Source: Octopus sinensis
Lineage: Eukaryota
Reading direction: 5' to 3'
Length of the DNA: 64,000 nt
NCBI RefSeq assembly: GCF_006345805.1
Contig: NC_043002.1
Location: forward strand, 35,588,001 to 35,652,000
The translations under genes were made by a program, and so were the position numbers. This document shows positions 26,162-39,768 of this stretch, one piece after another (the first letter of the stretch is position 1; each line of letters begins with the position of its first letter). The notes below the pieces were generated by a model. That model worked only from the letters and a program-made list of their open reading frames with translations. It made no database searches and was not told the DNA's origin.

Positions 26162-27533
26162 CTGTGCCTGTCCTCCACCACCTGGCAATTGTTGATTTGT
26201 TTATGTCCCTGTAACTTAGAGGTTTGGCAAAAGAGACTGATATAATAAGTACTGAGGTTGATTTATTTGACTGAACTCTTTAAGATGGTGCCCCAGCATG
26301 GCCACTGTTCACTGACTATAAGATTTTCAACGGCTGGATGCCCTTCCTATTGTTAAACCCCACCTGTTTCTAAGAGTGCTCTCACAGAATACTGGAAATG
26401 AATGATACTGCTTGTTTTGACAGCAACAATCATTTACAGCTATCCTGCCATGACAAGACAAGTAAAAGATGAAAGATATCAGAAGTTTCTTTTCTGAAAA
26501 CATAGTTATTTATAGTTTATAATACAAAGGTTTATCTTTCAGCACTTGTTGCATTGAAAGTCTCTTCATAAAACATGTTTTGCCATTGGCAAACACTTAG
26601 CATTAGTTGAAAATGTACTATGACATACATAATTTATTTACACTCCCATCCATGTGTTTACATATTTATGTATGTATGCGAATTATGCTGCATAGAACAT
26701 GTAGTTTATTCAATTCCAATGTAAGAAGGTTATTTCTAGACTCGTTTTCAGTAACTTGTGGTATTATAACCCCTAGGGAGTACATGCTGATCTAATAATA
26801 AAAAGATCACGATTATTGACCTAGTTTTGTTTCATTTGCTTTAGTTCAGTTAGAACAGTATTTGACTTTTTCTGTATTCACCCCTTTCCTCCCAATTTTA
26901 CCAGTTCGTCATTTCAATTTCTTCACTTCTACATATGATAAGGAAAAAAGTAAATGCGTATACAACACAATATGTTACATAACATTAATAATAGTTCTTT
27001 TATTATTTCAGTTTTAACATCTTACAGAAATTTACAGGCACAAGCATGGCTGTGTTATTAAGCAGCTCACTTTACAAGCACATGATTTCAGATTCACTCT
27101 CACCCTGTGGCACTTTGGGCAAGTGTCTTCTACCATAGTCCCAGCTTGACTATGACTGCTGGAGCACTGCCTTTAGTCGAACAAATCAACCCCAAGACTT
27201 ATTCTTCGTAAGCTTAGTACTTATTCTAAAAGTTACAGGGATGTAAACATACCAACATCAGTTGTCAAGTGATGATGGGGGACAAACACAGACACACAAA
27301 CACACACATGATGGGCTTCTATCAGTTTCCATCTACTAAATCCACTCACAAAGCTTTGGTCAGTCCAAGGCTATAGTAGAAGATACTTGCCCAAGGTGCC
27401 ATGCAGTGGGACTGAACCCAGAACCATGTGGTTAAGAAGCTTGCTTCTTACCACACAGGACCATTTGTAGAAATACCGGAAAAGTGCACTCTAAGATGTA
27501 GAGCAGTTAATATTATAATGGGGTAGGCTGATT

Positions 27534-28046
27534 TATAGGGTTACCCTGGGTTTCTCGCAGACCCCCAAACACTACTTACCTGAAACCTCTTTAAGATATG
27601 GAGGGGGTAAAGCCTTGTTTTTAAGGGGAAAACAAAATGGTGCAAGTTATGCATTGCTGAATGCACAAGGATCCTTAAAGACCTACTTGTGCCAGGGGGA
27701 ATTCTGAACTCCAGGACAGAGATTTTTGGACCATGTTTGCATTTTAGAAAATTCCTGCTGGCTTTTTGGAATCTGCATGGCGGCACCACAGCCAATAACG
27801 AATAGCCAAGGCCGAAGGGAGACAATTGTTTACCTTCATGGTGTTTTAGTAACCGCAACATAGCAGTACAGCTGAAGATCGATGGACAATGGCAAAGACG
27901 GATAATCACCTAGGGTTTTACCCTTCAGTATGAGGCTTTTCCTCCACTCCATATTTTAAAGAGGTCTCAGGCCAGTAGTGTTTGGGGTCTGAAGATATGC
28001 AGTAAGGCTAACCCCTTATAAGCAAGAAACCCAGGGTAATTCCATA
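27534..28046 (+). mobile_element. Penelope-like element remnant with inverted pseudo-LTRs
   Basis: Inverted arms at 27534-27616 and 27933-28046. The interior 27629-27805 encodes KWCKLCIAECTRIL...ILNSRTEIFGPCLHFRKFLL, resembling the Cys/His-rich C-terminus of PLE RT/GIY-YIG ORFs. An HHR sits in the right arm. Confidence 0.7.
27984..28043 (+). ncRNA. Type-I hammerhead ribozyme with intact canonical core
   Basis: Stem I GGGGU/AUUCC; CUGAAGA at 27989-27995; stem II with UAAGG/CCUUA and UGC/GCA; GAAA at 28026-28029; stem III ACCC-A-GGGU; predicted GUA cleavage after 28038. Confidence 0.75.
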
Positions 28047-28606
28047 AACTGGCCTGCCACACTAATGGCTGTGTAGTAAGAAGCTAGCTTCCCAAAAACA
28101 TAGTTCTGGGTTCAGTCCCACTATGTGGCACCTTGGGCAAGTGTCTTCTACTATAGCCTTGGGCCAACCAAAGCCTTGTGAGTGGATTTGGCAGACGGAA
28201 ACTGAGAGAAGCCCGTCGTATATATATATATATATGTATGTGTGTGTTTGTTATTTGTATCTGTGTTTGTGCCCACACTATCACTTGACAACTGGTGTTG
28301 GTGTGTTTACATCTACTTCACTTAGTGTTCAGCAAAAGAGACTGACAGAATAAGTAATAGGCTTACAAAGAATAAGTCGTGGGGACGATTTGTTCAACTA
28401 AAGGTGGTGCTCCAGCATGGCCGCAGTCAAATGTGGCATGTGAAAGCACCTGTTACACTCTAGAGTGGTTGACATTAGAAAGGGCATCCAGCCATAGAAA
28501 ACCATGCTAAATGAGACTGGAGTCTGGTGCAGTCTTCAGCGTGCCAGTCAAGTCAAACCATGCCAGCATGGACAATGGATATTAAGTGATGATGATTATA
28601 TGTGTA

Positions 28607-28754
<148 letters not shown>

Positions 28755-28784
28755 GCAATTATGCGGATAAACAAATCATCATCA

Positions 28785-29590
28785 TCATCATCATCATCAT
28801 CGTTTAACGTCCGTTCTCCATGCTAGCATGGGTTGGACGGTTCGACCAGGGTTCTGGGAAGCCAGTAGGCTGCACCAGGCTCCAGTCTAATCTGGCAATG
28901 TTTCTACAGCTGGATGCCCTTCCTAACGCCAACCACTCCGTGAGTGTAGTGGGTGCTTTTTACGTGCCACCTGCACAGGTGCCAGGCGGGGCTGGCAACG
29001 GCCACGGTCAGATTGGTGTATTTTATGTGCCACCGGCACGGAAGCCAGTCGAGGCGGTGCTGGCATCGGCCACGAGTCGGATAGTGCTTTTTACGTACCA
29101 CCAGACCAGGGATCCTGGCTGGTTCAATTCGATTTCGATTTCGCTTGCCCCAACATGTCTTCACAAGCAAAGGGGGTTGGCATGGGTGCCTATCGTACGG
29201 TCGCATTGGAGTATTTTACGTGCCACGGCTGCGAGTCGGATAGTGCTTTTTACGTACCACCAGACCAGGGATCCTGGCTGGTTCAATTCGATTTTGATTT
29301 CGCTTGCCCCAACATGTCTTCACAAGCAAAGGGGGTTGGCATGGGTGCCTGTCGTATGGTCGCATTGGAGTATTTTACGTGCCACGGCCACGAGTCGGAT
29401 AGTGCTTTTTACGTACCACCAGGCCAGGGATCCTGGCTGGTTCAATTCGGTTTCGATTTCGATTGCCCCAACATGACTTCGCAAGCATGGGGGGTTGGCA
29501 TGGGTGTCTGTCGTCGGATGAGGTTCTATATCGACTTCGCTTGCCTCAACCGGTCTTTGTGTCCAAGGGAGGAAAGGCATTCATAAGTGG
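28785..29590 (-). repeat. RTE-type 3' tail joined to ~2.8 tandem copies of a 159-bp unit
   Basis: GAGTCGGATAGTGC recurs at 29074, 29233 and 29392 (period 159). The ORF track shows a repeating 53-aa translation. Confidence 0.85.
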
Positions 29591-30693
29591 GCTGGGCTCA
29601 TATTAAATACAACAGCTTTGGTATGAAATACAAAATATGAATATATGTATGTATATATGTAAAATGAGAGAAAGCAAAGAGGGAAGACTTTCAGATGATG
29701 AATATTTAAGTATAGGTATATAGATATCTATATTGGTTTCAAATTTTGTCACAAGCCAGCAATTTCGGTGGAGGGGATAAGTTGATTATATCAGCTCTAG
29801 TATTCAACTGGTACTTATTTTATCGACCTCGAAAGGATGAAAGGCCAAATCAACCATGGCAGAATTTGGACTCATGAAATGCCACTAAGAATTTTGCCCT
29901 GAGTAAAACGATTCTGCCAGCTTGCTGCCTTATAGATATTTATGTTAACAGATCAACTTACACAGACTACAAACAACACAGGAAACTGAAGGAGAGGAAA
30001 TAAGGTGTTATAAGTCCAAAAGCTGTTCCTGTGTATATATGTGTATGTATATGCATATATAAGTATGTATAATGCCATGCATCCATTTCCAAATAAGTTT
30101 ATCGTAATCTTTTTGATGCGACTCTACCCTATACTCTTCTCTCCCCCATCATTTTCTCTCTCATCCTTTCTCTCTCCTCCACCGTTTTCTATCTGTCTCT
30201 CTTTCTCTACCCCTCTTTCTTCATCACTCTCTCTCATTGCTCACATGTGACTATCGTCCATCTTTCTTTTCTTTCAGGGTTGTCCTAGAGGCTGGATGTA
30301 TCCTATCTATCTCTCTCTTCTATCTTTTCTCTTGTCAAAGAAAATATTTCTCCAGCGTCCGCTATTTTAATTTCGTCTGGTCTAATGACCCTCCATGTTT
30401 GTGTTCATTTGGTTTCCTTGTACGTCTCCACTGTCCTGTTTTTGTTACCAACTTTGACCTTCCATAAATCCCAAATTTTATTTTGGCTTTTGTGGGAGCA
30501 ACTGCCTTTGAAGACTCATATTGTCATTCAATGCTTGAAACAAGTAGTAGAAAGACAGCTGACAACTGATGAAGAGTCGTTCTTTATGTTACTTGTCCTG
30601 TTTTCCATTTGTTTCTCTCGTTTTTTGCGTATTCAACTCATTTGTTTTCGTACTTCATATTGTTTACTGTTTGTGACGTCTTGTACCCATATA

Positions 30694-30730
<37 letters not shown>

Positions 30731-30734
<4 letters not shown>

Positions 30735-30819
30735 GTTTAAGAGACGGAATCACCCTCAAGCAACTCAATTATCAATGATGATTGAGTTGCTTGAGGGTGA
30801 TTCTGTTTCTTAAACCTAT
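30731..30819. repeat. 89-bp near-perfect inverted repeat (39-bp arms, 11-nt loop)
   Basis: ATAGGTTTAAGAGACGGAATCACCCTCAAGCAACTCAAT vs ATTGAGTTGCTTGAGGGTGATTCTGTTTCTTAAACCTAT. The only two deviations are G-U compatible. Confidence 0.9.
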
Positions 30820-31276
30820 CTATATATCTATATATAATACAGTGAGTAATTCATTTTAGTACCACTAAATTGAATTACTCTCCCCTGTGGACTCGGAAAT
30901 AACTTCCCTAATATGAATATTATATATACACACACACACACGAAACACAATAAGATGCATACACACATGCATGTGCACATGCACATGCACACACACACAC
31001 ATAAATACAGGCACAAATACATGCGCATAAAAGGATACACATCGTAGGAAGATCGAATGGGCTAAACAGAACAGGAGGATACATGTGGGATAGAAGAGTC
31101 CTTGAAGAGGTCACAGATGTGTGATGGAAAGATTTCCAGACAATAAACAAACAATAACATAAGAACAATAATAAATGAGTGGACAATGAATATATAGTGC
31201 CTGTGTTTATTTGGCCAGGAAAAAAAAATGACCATCCCAAAACATAACAATACCTTTCACTGTCTCTCTCTCCCTC

Positions 31277-31309
<33 letters not shown>

Positions 31310-31574
31310 ATCTATAACTATTTATCTTCATACACACACACACACGCACACATACACAAAACTAAATAGACATCTGTCATTAAACCATTTTATCTGTGCA
31401 GATATTAGTCATTAGTGTGATGTTGAAACAGGTTAAATCATTCAAATGTGCATAAGCCATGTTTACTAAATATGAGATTAAGTATTTAAGTGCATCAGAA
31501 AAAATTATTTTGTTTCTAGAAGTAAATCTTTCAAAAATGATGGTGTCTATTTACTTTTGAGATGTCTATATATG

Positions 31575-31623
<49 letters not shown>

Positions 31624-31887
31624 AACCTTTACATAAATAAATAATATGAAATACACAAAGGGACGAACAAAAAGACAAACGGGTCATTCAAAGCCTTCAT
31701 TCTTCAGTCAGAAACTGATCCCTCATCGCAGATTTCGGCTGTTTATTTCTGAGATCCGCTCTGAATCAGCCAGCCACAGAAGGAAAGAATGCAACGCAAC
31801 AGAGACGAATATGAAACAAAAAATCTTTTTTGGAGACAGTAACGGTTAAAAACATGGATGACACAGGCGCCCTACGGCTTTATATAT

Positions 31888-32283
31888 AGGCGCAGGAGTG
31901 GCTGTGTGGTAAGTAGCTTGTTTACCAACCACATGGTTCCAGGTTCAGTCCCACTGCATGGCACCTTGGGCAAGTGTCTTCTACTATAGCCTCGGGCCGA
32001 CCAAAGCCTTGTGAGTGGATTTGGTAGACGGAAACTGAAAGAAGCTCGTCGTATATATGTATATATGTGTGTGTGTGTGTGTACGTGTGTGTCTGTGTTT
32101 GTCCCCCTAGCAGTGCTTGACTACCGATGCTGGTGTGTTTATGTCCCTGTCACTTAGCGGTTCGGCAAAAGAGTCCGATAGAATAAGTACTTGGTTTACA
32201 AAGAATAAGTCCTGAGGTCGAGTTGATCGATTAAAGGTGGTGCTCCAGCATGGCCGCAGTCAAATGACTGAAACAAGTAAAGA
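31888..32283 (+). mobile_element. tRNA-derived octopus SINE (OK-like), full length
   Basis: Same family as 9931-10300. Further copies near 13573, 16200, 25900, 27160(-), 28065, 41980, 45650(-), 56700 and 62945. Confidence 0.8.
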
Positions 32284-32328
32284 TAAAGATATATATATAT
32301 GTGTGTGTATGTATATAATATATATGTG

Positions 32329-32359
<31 letters not shown>

Positions 32360-32361
32360 AT

Positions 32362-32601
32362 ATACCTGAGTATGTACATAAATGTGAAACAAGGTGGCAA
32401 AAAATAATACTCAAATACTGAAGGTAGAGTGATAAGCTTTATCATTTAAAACTACAAAAGCATCACAAAAACTGCTATTCAGAGTTCCACATTCCCATTC
32501 ATTGAGCAGTTGTAATCACAACTGCCTGATGAACAGGAATGTGAAACTCTGAGTAACAGTTTTTTTGTGATGTTTTTGTAGCTTTAAAAATAAAGCATAT
32601 T
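32362..32601 (+). mobile_element. Palindromic HHR-bearing repeat, copy A
   Basis: About 75-bp inverted arms around loop TAATCA (32513-32518), plus a unique 5' extension shared with the copies at 50188 and 53911. Confidence 0.75.
32519..32562 (+). ncRNA. Type-I minimal hammerhead motif (copy A, right arm)
   Basis: CAACUGC-CUGAUGA-ACA-GGAA-UGU-GAAA-CUC-U-GAGU-A-ACAGUU. The core is intact; the first stem-I pair is a C.A mismatch. Confidence 0.65.
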
Positions 32602-32639
32602 GGTATACAAAAAAACTACTAGTGTGTTAGGGGAATGAG

Positions 32640-33498
32640 TTCAATTCTTCGGCAAAATTTCGCCAGAAACAAATCTTTAAAAAATTATGCGAAAAGGTAA
32701 AATAATGATATCTAAAAATACAATGAATCTGTTCAGGACAGATTTAATGGAAGAATTCGACCTGTGGGATCCACCATTGAATACATTATGTAATAAGTTG
32801 AATGTATCACAGTCCGTGTCAGATAATGCATCGAAAAAATTGAAATTAAAATTAAAGATGTAACCTGATGTGTTCTCAAAGGAACTCAGAACGTGTAAAA
32901 AAATCAAAGTTTGAGTTGAAAGAAAGTTCAATGCCGGTTTTCAAACCAAAAAGGAATGTTTCTTTTGCAGTGTTAAATCAAGTTGAGAAGGAACTAAAAA
33001 GATTGGAAGACATGGAGGTAACTGAAAAGGTAGACTACTCAAAGTGGGCAGCTCCTATTCATCATCATCATTGTTTAACGTCTGCTTTCCATTCTAGCAT
33101 GGGTTGGACGGTTCAACTGGGGTCTGGGAAGCCCGAAGGCTGCACCAGGCCAGTCAGATCTGGCAGTGTTTCTACAGCTGGATGCCCTTCCTAATGCCAA
33201 CCACTCCGAGAGTGTAGTGGGTGATTTTATGTGCCACCGACACAGGTGCCAGACGAGGCTGGCGAATGGCCACGCTCGGATGGTGTTTTTTATGTGCCAC
33301 CGGCACGGAGGCCAGTCAATGCAGTACTGGCTACGGCCACGTTCGGATGGTTAAGAAAAACAACAAAATAAGAGTATGCACAGACTTCTCAACAGGTCTT
33401 AATGACTGTTTAAAAAACTACAATTATCTGTTTTTAAATTCAGAAGAAATATTTTCTAAGTGCAATGGTGGGAAAATTTTTTCCAAGCTGGATATTTA
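32640..33498 (+). mobile_element. Ty3/Gypsy pol fragment interrupted by an RTE-tail insertion (33060-33349, minus)
   Basis: PVFKPKRNVSFA...EKVDYSKWAAPI | VKKNNKIRVCTDFSTGLNDCL...GGKIFSKLDI, the N-terminal part of a Gypsy RT. Confidence 0.85.
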
Positions 33499-33938
33499 AT
33501 TATTGGTACACTGTCACACCACCAAAGATTGGATCTTTGAATTCACTTGTGTTACATTTAATTCCCTTAATTCCTGTCTTGGCTCTCCTTTGCTGTCTTG
33601 CCTTTTATAAAAGCACATTTTTTACAAACTCATAAAAGAATACATATAAAATGCACTGTAAGTAAGAGGTACTTTTAGCTTCAATCAACCAAATGTAGAC
33701 CTGTCTTGATGATCAAGAGTATTACAGTCAATAGCATCTAGTCTTATTCTTAGGTGTAATGCACCTAGCACTACATTATTTAATGCCTCTTTTTCTAAGA
33801 CATTATTATGTAATTTGATGGAGATTTGGTTGCTAGCTGTAGCATGTTAAGCATTGGTTTATTGGCAGTTGTTGATGTGTTAGGAAATATCTCATTTGGC
33901 TGCTATTTTTAGCATGTGAAGCAACTCTATTTGATATA

Positions 33939-35206
33939 TTGGGTCATCCCATAAATAATGCAGTTCTTTTATACTTCTTTTATTTTTCAAAATTAAGATA
34001 AACAAAGTTCTTTTTTAATCTAAAATATACTCTCCTTCATTTTCTACAATGCTCTTCCATCTATCTGGTAGACTTGCAAGGCCCCTCTTTCAAAATTCAC
34101 TTGTCCATGACAGAAAATACTCCTCCAGTACTGTTCTGACCTTGTCTACAGGATTCCTAATTTTTCTGTTCAAATGATTTTGAAGACTGCGGAATAAATG
34201 ATAATCAGCTGGGGCAATATCCAGCAAATATGGAGAGTGGGGCATCGTTTCCCACTCAAACTGCTCAAGCCTTTGAAATGTCATCTTCACTGTATGTGGC
34301 TGAGCATTATCCTGATGGGAGAACACCTTTTGTCTTGAAATGAAAGATGGTTGTTTTTCTTCTAGCACTGACTTAAGCTGCTCAAGCTGCTCACAGTAGA
34401 TCTCCTTTGTTATCGTTTGGTTTGGGTTTAAAAGCTCAAACCTTTCATATCCCACCAAATAGGTAACAACATCTTATATAGGTGAAAACCTTCTTTAGCC
34501 TGGGGTGCCGGTGTTTCTCCTCTGCCTATCCACTGTTTTCGGTGTTTGACATTTTTACAGAGAACCCATTTCTTGTCACCAGTCACTATTCAGTCCAAAA
34601 AGGTTCATTTGTGAGACATGACAGCAAAGAAGAGCACACATTTACTCTCTGCATGTGATTAAACTTGGTAAGTTTGTGAGGAACCCATTGACCCAATTAG
34701 CTGGCTTTTTTGATGTCATGCAGGTGTCGATGAATGGTTGAATGACCAAATCCAAGCTTCTCTGCTAATTCCTCTACAGTTACAATGGGATTTTGTTCCA
34801 CCAGGGTTTGCAAGACATTCTCATTGAGCTCTACAGATCTTCCAGGACAAGGCTCATCTAGGTTGTATTTCCAGCTTGGAATTTCTGGAATCACCGTTGA
34901 CACTGGCTTACACTTATTGTCCGATCCCCATATACTGCATTAATATTTCTCACACTTCCCACTGTGTTGCTACCTTTATTGAACTCATAAAGCAAAATAT
35001 GCCAAATATGCTCCTTTGTCACTTCCATTTATAGCTTTGAAAAAATAACTGTTAAAATCAATTTGCACTCTTCAAAACTTGCACTAAGAATAAAATAAAA
35101 TTACTACCTGCCTTTATAGCAAGTTGATGCAGGTAGTTTATCCTGTCCTACTCCAACTTTTAGTTCATGCAATTGAAAAAACTGCATTATTTATGGGATG
35201 ACCCAA
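33939..35206 (-). mobile_element. Full-length decayed mariner (DD34D), 1268 bp
   Basis: TIRs TTGGGTCATCCCATAAATAATGCAG at both ends with TA TSD. Transposase motifs HQDNAQPH and DIAPADYHLFRSLQNHL, with stops and frameshifts. Confidence 0.93.
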
Positions 35207-35769
35207 TAATTGAAAATCTATCATTTGACTGCTGTTTGCTATATTCAAGCAATAGCTTAGAGATTCCTGCTTCATACTAATTGATATATTTGAAAATCTG
35301 TCACTTAACTGTTATTTCTAGCTTGTAAATCAACAGTTCAACAGCTTAGATGTTCATCCTATTAAGTCTAGGATACATATGGAAATCACTCCTCATATTT
35401 CGTTACTATGTTTTACTGGTATTCAAAGTTAGTCTGATCAGTTTTGATAATAAATATCTTTTCAACGAAGCTGTCTTATATTACAGCATCATAAGTCTAG
35501 ATGATGGATATCTTGTAATGAAGATAGGGTTTCAGTCTTTAGTTCCATCAAGAAGTTTCTTTAGTTACCATTTCACAGTGTCTTTGCACTTATTCTGAAA
35601 CAGAGCCAAATTTCCTTCTTATTCTTCAGTTTCCATTTATTCACATCAATGTGTGTGCGTGTGTGTATATATACATATACATATCTGCATACATACATAT
35701 AGATGTACATATACATATGTGTGTGTATATATATTTATGTGTGTGTGTGTGCGCGTGCATGTGTGTGTG

Positions 35770-35845
<76 letters not shown>

Positions 35846-36477
35846 ATATGTGTGTGTGTGTGTATATATATATATATACATAATACAATTTCATGCTGCT
35901 CGCTGATAATTATTTGTGATATTATTCTGTTATGCTGCACATTATGTGAAACTTTACTATGGAATGAAATCAAAAACATAATCTGTTATATATACAATAT
36001 TTTCTTCTTATTTATAAGGAAAACAGACTGATGAACTATGCAAGAAATCAAAGACACAAGCAGTTACAGACATAATTATCATAAATAACAATTATTTATA
36101 AGATAGCTGACAGATAAACTATGGAGCAAAATTGAAGACATAATATATAGACACAACATTTATATTATTCATATTAGTTGGAAGACATTTCACAGGGTTA
36201 CACAGCATCTTGGGCAAGTGCCTTCTACTATAGCCTCAGGTTAATCACTGCTTTGCAAATACAATTTGGTTGACAGAAACTTTACCAAAATTTGCCATGT
36301 ATATACCTACACACACTTACACATGCATACAAGCACACACATGCACACATGTGCTCATACACGTGCACACGCACACACACATATATATGTATGAGTAAAC
36401 AATTCTTCTTTGGAGCCAGTTCGAAGATATTAGTTCATCCAAAATCATATAATAATAATCATCATCGTTTAATCATC

Positions 36478-37205
<728 letters not shown>

Positions 37206-37781
37206 GCTCTCCCATCAAAGATGATGTATGAGTTATTCAGTTTTTTCGCCAAATGACCTGCATAAATGATTTGTTTATAGCAATCAAATATATGTTCTGT
37301 ACATTAGTTCACTCCCTCCATCAAATAGCCATTATCTGAAAAGGTACATGGTATACCACATGTCAGGTGTCGAAGTGATTACAGAGCAATGTGAGATGAA
37401 GTGGTTTGCTCAAGAATACAATGCACCACCTGTTCTAGGTATTGAAGCCATGATCTCGCGATTGTGAGTGCAACACCCTAACCACATGCATCGTCACTAT
37501 AATAAAAAATGTAATAATGATAAGTTAACATCCGTTTCCCATGCTAGTATGGGTTGGACTGATAATAATAAGTCTTTCTATTGTTGACACAGAGCCTGAA
37601 ATTTTGGGGGTGGGAGCTATTCAATAATGTCATTCCCAGTGCTTGACTTGTATTTGTTTTATCAACCCTGAAAAGATGAAAGCAGTTGACCTCAGTGGCA
37701 TTTGAACTCAGAATGTAAACCAGGAAGAAATATTGCTAACTATAATTACTGATATTAACAACAACAACGACAATGATGATC

Positions 37782-37831
<50 letters not shown>

Positions 37832-39169
37832 ATGATGATGATGATGATGATGATGATATGATGATGATGATGATGATGATAATAATAATAATCCTTTCTA
37901 CTCGAGGCAAAGGCCTTTAATTTGCGGGGATGGAGCTAGCCAATTACACTGATGCCATTACTCAACTGGTACTTATTTCATTCACACTGAAAGGATGAAA
38001 GGCAAAGTTGACCTTGGTGGAATTTGATGTCAGAAACTAAAGACAAACAAAATGTTGCTAAACATTTTGTCTGACATGCTAATCAGCACATCACACAGGA
38101 ACTGTAACCAAAAGTTAATTTAGATTATTGACACAATTTTTTTAGAGAGAAAGCTACTGAATAATTAATTTTAATGAAATTACAGTTGCATTACCATATG
38201 AAGAATATTATACCCCATATAACCTACGAAAGAACTGATGCTAAATGCTCAACTTAGAACACTAATATTTATTTGCTAAATATGTTTTGTAAAGCTGTAG
38301 CAAGTGTATATGTAGCTGAAGTTGTCTCAGACAAACAACATTTACAAGGTACATAAATAGGCATGACCAAGAAGTTCAAATAGAGATTACTACAATCACA
38401 CTTTAACTTCAAGGCACATGAAAAAGAGAAATGCAGCTAAATTATTGGACAACAACTGGTAATTAAAAGAAAACATTTCCAATTATATTAATTAGAAGGT
38501 TATAGAAAGATCAAGGCCTCACAAGAACAGAAGTAAAAAAATGGGATCTTTCCCTGTAAGGAAAAACCTCATCCTTAGACACCATTAAAAAAAACTGAAC
38601 TCTATTTAACCAATAGGTCTGAGCCTTTTGGAAAATGTAGACACATTGAGAAACACCTGTTATGCAACTGGACCATACTATCACTGTAAGATGAACAATA
38701 CTTTTCAATAATTCCCTATATGTCTACTATGTAGAATGGTCTTTTCCCCACAACATTTAAAATCATTTTAGCTCTATGCAATTACAGCCTTATTATGTGC
38801 GTCTGTGTATATATGTCTGAGCAAACACACTCACCCATAAACACATGTCATGTCATTCTAACCCAAAAGCTCCCACATCTTTTCATCCTTCCATTCTCTC
38901 CTTTAGCTTGCCTTGAGGTATATTTTTCTTTTTCTTTAGGATTATCTTATTTATTTATCATTTAACCCTATCATCACAGTTTTAATGTGCTAATAAAAAC
39001 AAATAACTAATTTTTACACCTCAAGTTATGTCCTGATGATTTTCCATAATGCTAGAATGGAAATGGATTTTTAAAGATATTTTTTACCAAACAATTCCTT
39101 TGCCAATTTTGTGGTTAGAACACACACACATACAAACAAAACAACTCACACATGCCTACTGATAGATAA

Positions 39170-39200
<31 letters not shown>

Positions 39201-39768
39201 TTTATAGATATATGTGAATGACCTAGAGTACTATAAACAAAATCTGATGATTGAAGAATCTACAACAAACAATATACGGTTTTGACAGAGAATGAAACAA
39301 GATAAACATGTTAATGTTTACACAGAAAGCAAAGTAACATAAACACAGCATATTAATACAGATACTGAACTCAAGGAATCAGAAAAAATATCCATAGAAA
39401 TAGATAAAAACAAATTGTTAATAACATACATAAAAAAAATAAAATTTATAGTGAAATTTTTTAATAGAAAAATCATATCAATGTAACTATCAGAAGTTAA
39501 TGTCAGAAACAGAATAATGTTAATTTTGAGAGATTCCTTATCAGCAATATATTTGTTATTCTAATTATAAGCTACAGCTTGAAAATAATAAGCTAAAAAA
39601 GGCCCTAAGTTAACTGACATTATATAGCAAAGTCAGAACATTACAATCACTATTTCAAATCCACCATTTTGAAAAAGCATAAATTGATATAATATACCAA
39701 AGATGATGTGGACCTTCAGTCTATTTTAAGGAAGGAGTATTCAATTGTTTAATCAATTAAATTATCTA

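Noticed and set aside
27865-27910. Second CUGAAGA inside the PLE remnant
   Set aside because: No matching GAAA, stem II or stem III.
31690-31800. Hammerhead-like arrangement on the minus strand (GGCUG/CAGCC stem, GAAA, AUC/GAU)
   Set aside because: The core reads CUGUGGC rather than CUGANGA and the cleavage position is G; too degenerate to call.
38511-38690. Minus-strand acceptor with open frames (DSMVQLHNRCFSMC... or VIVWSSC...)
   Set aside because: Ambiguous frame and no recognisable homology.
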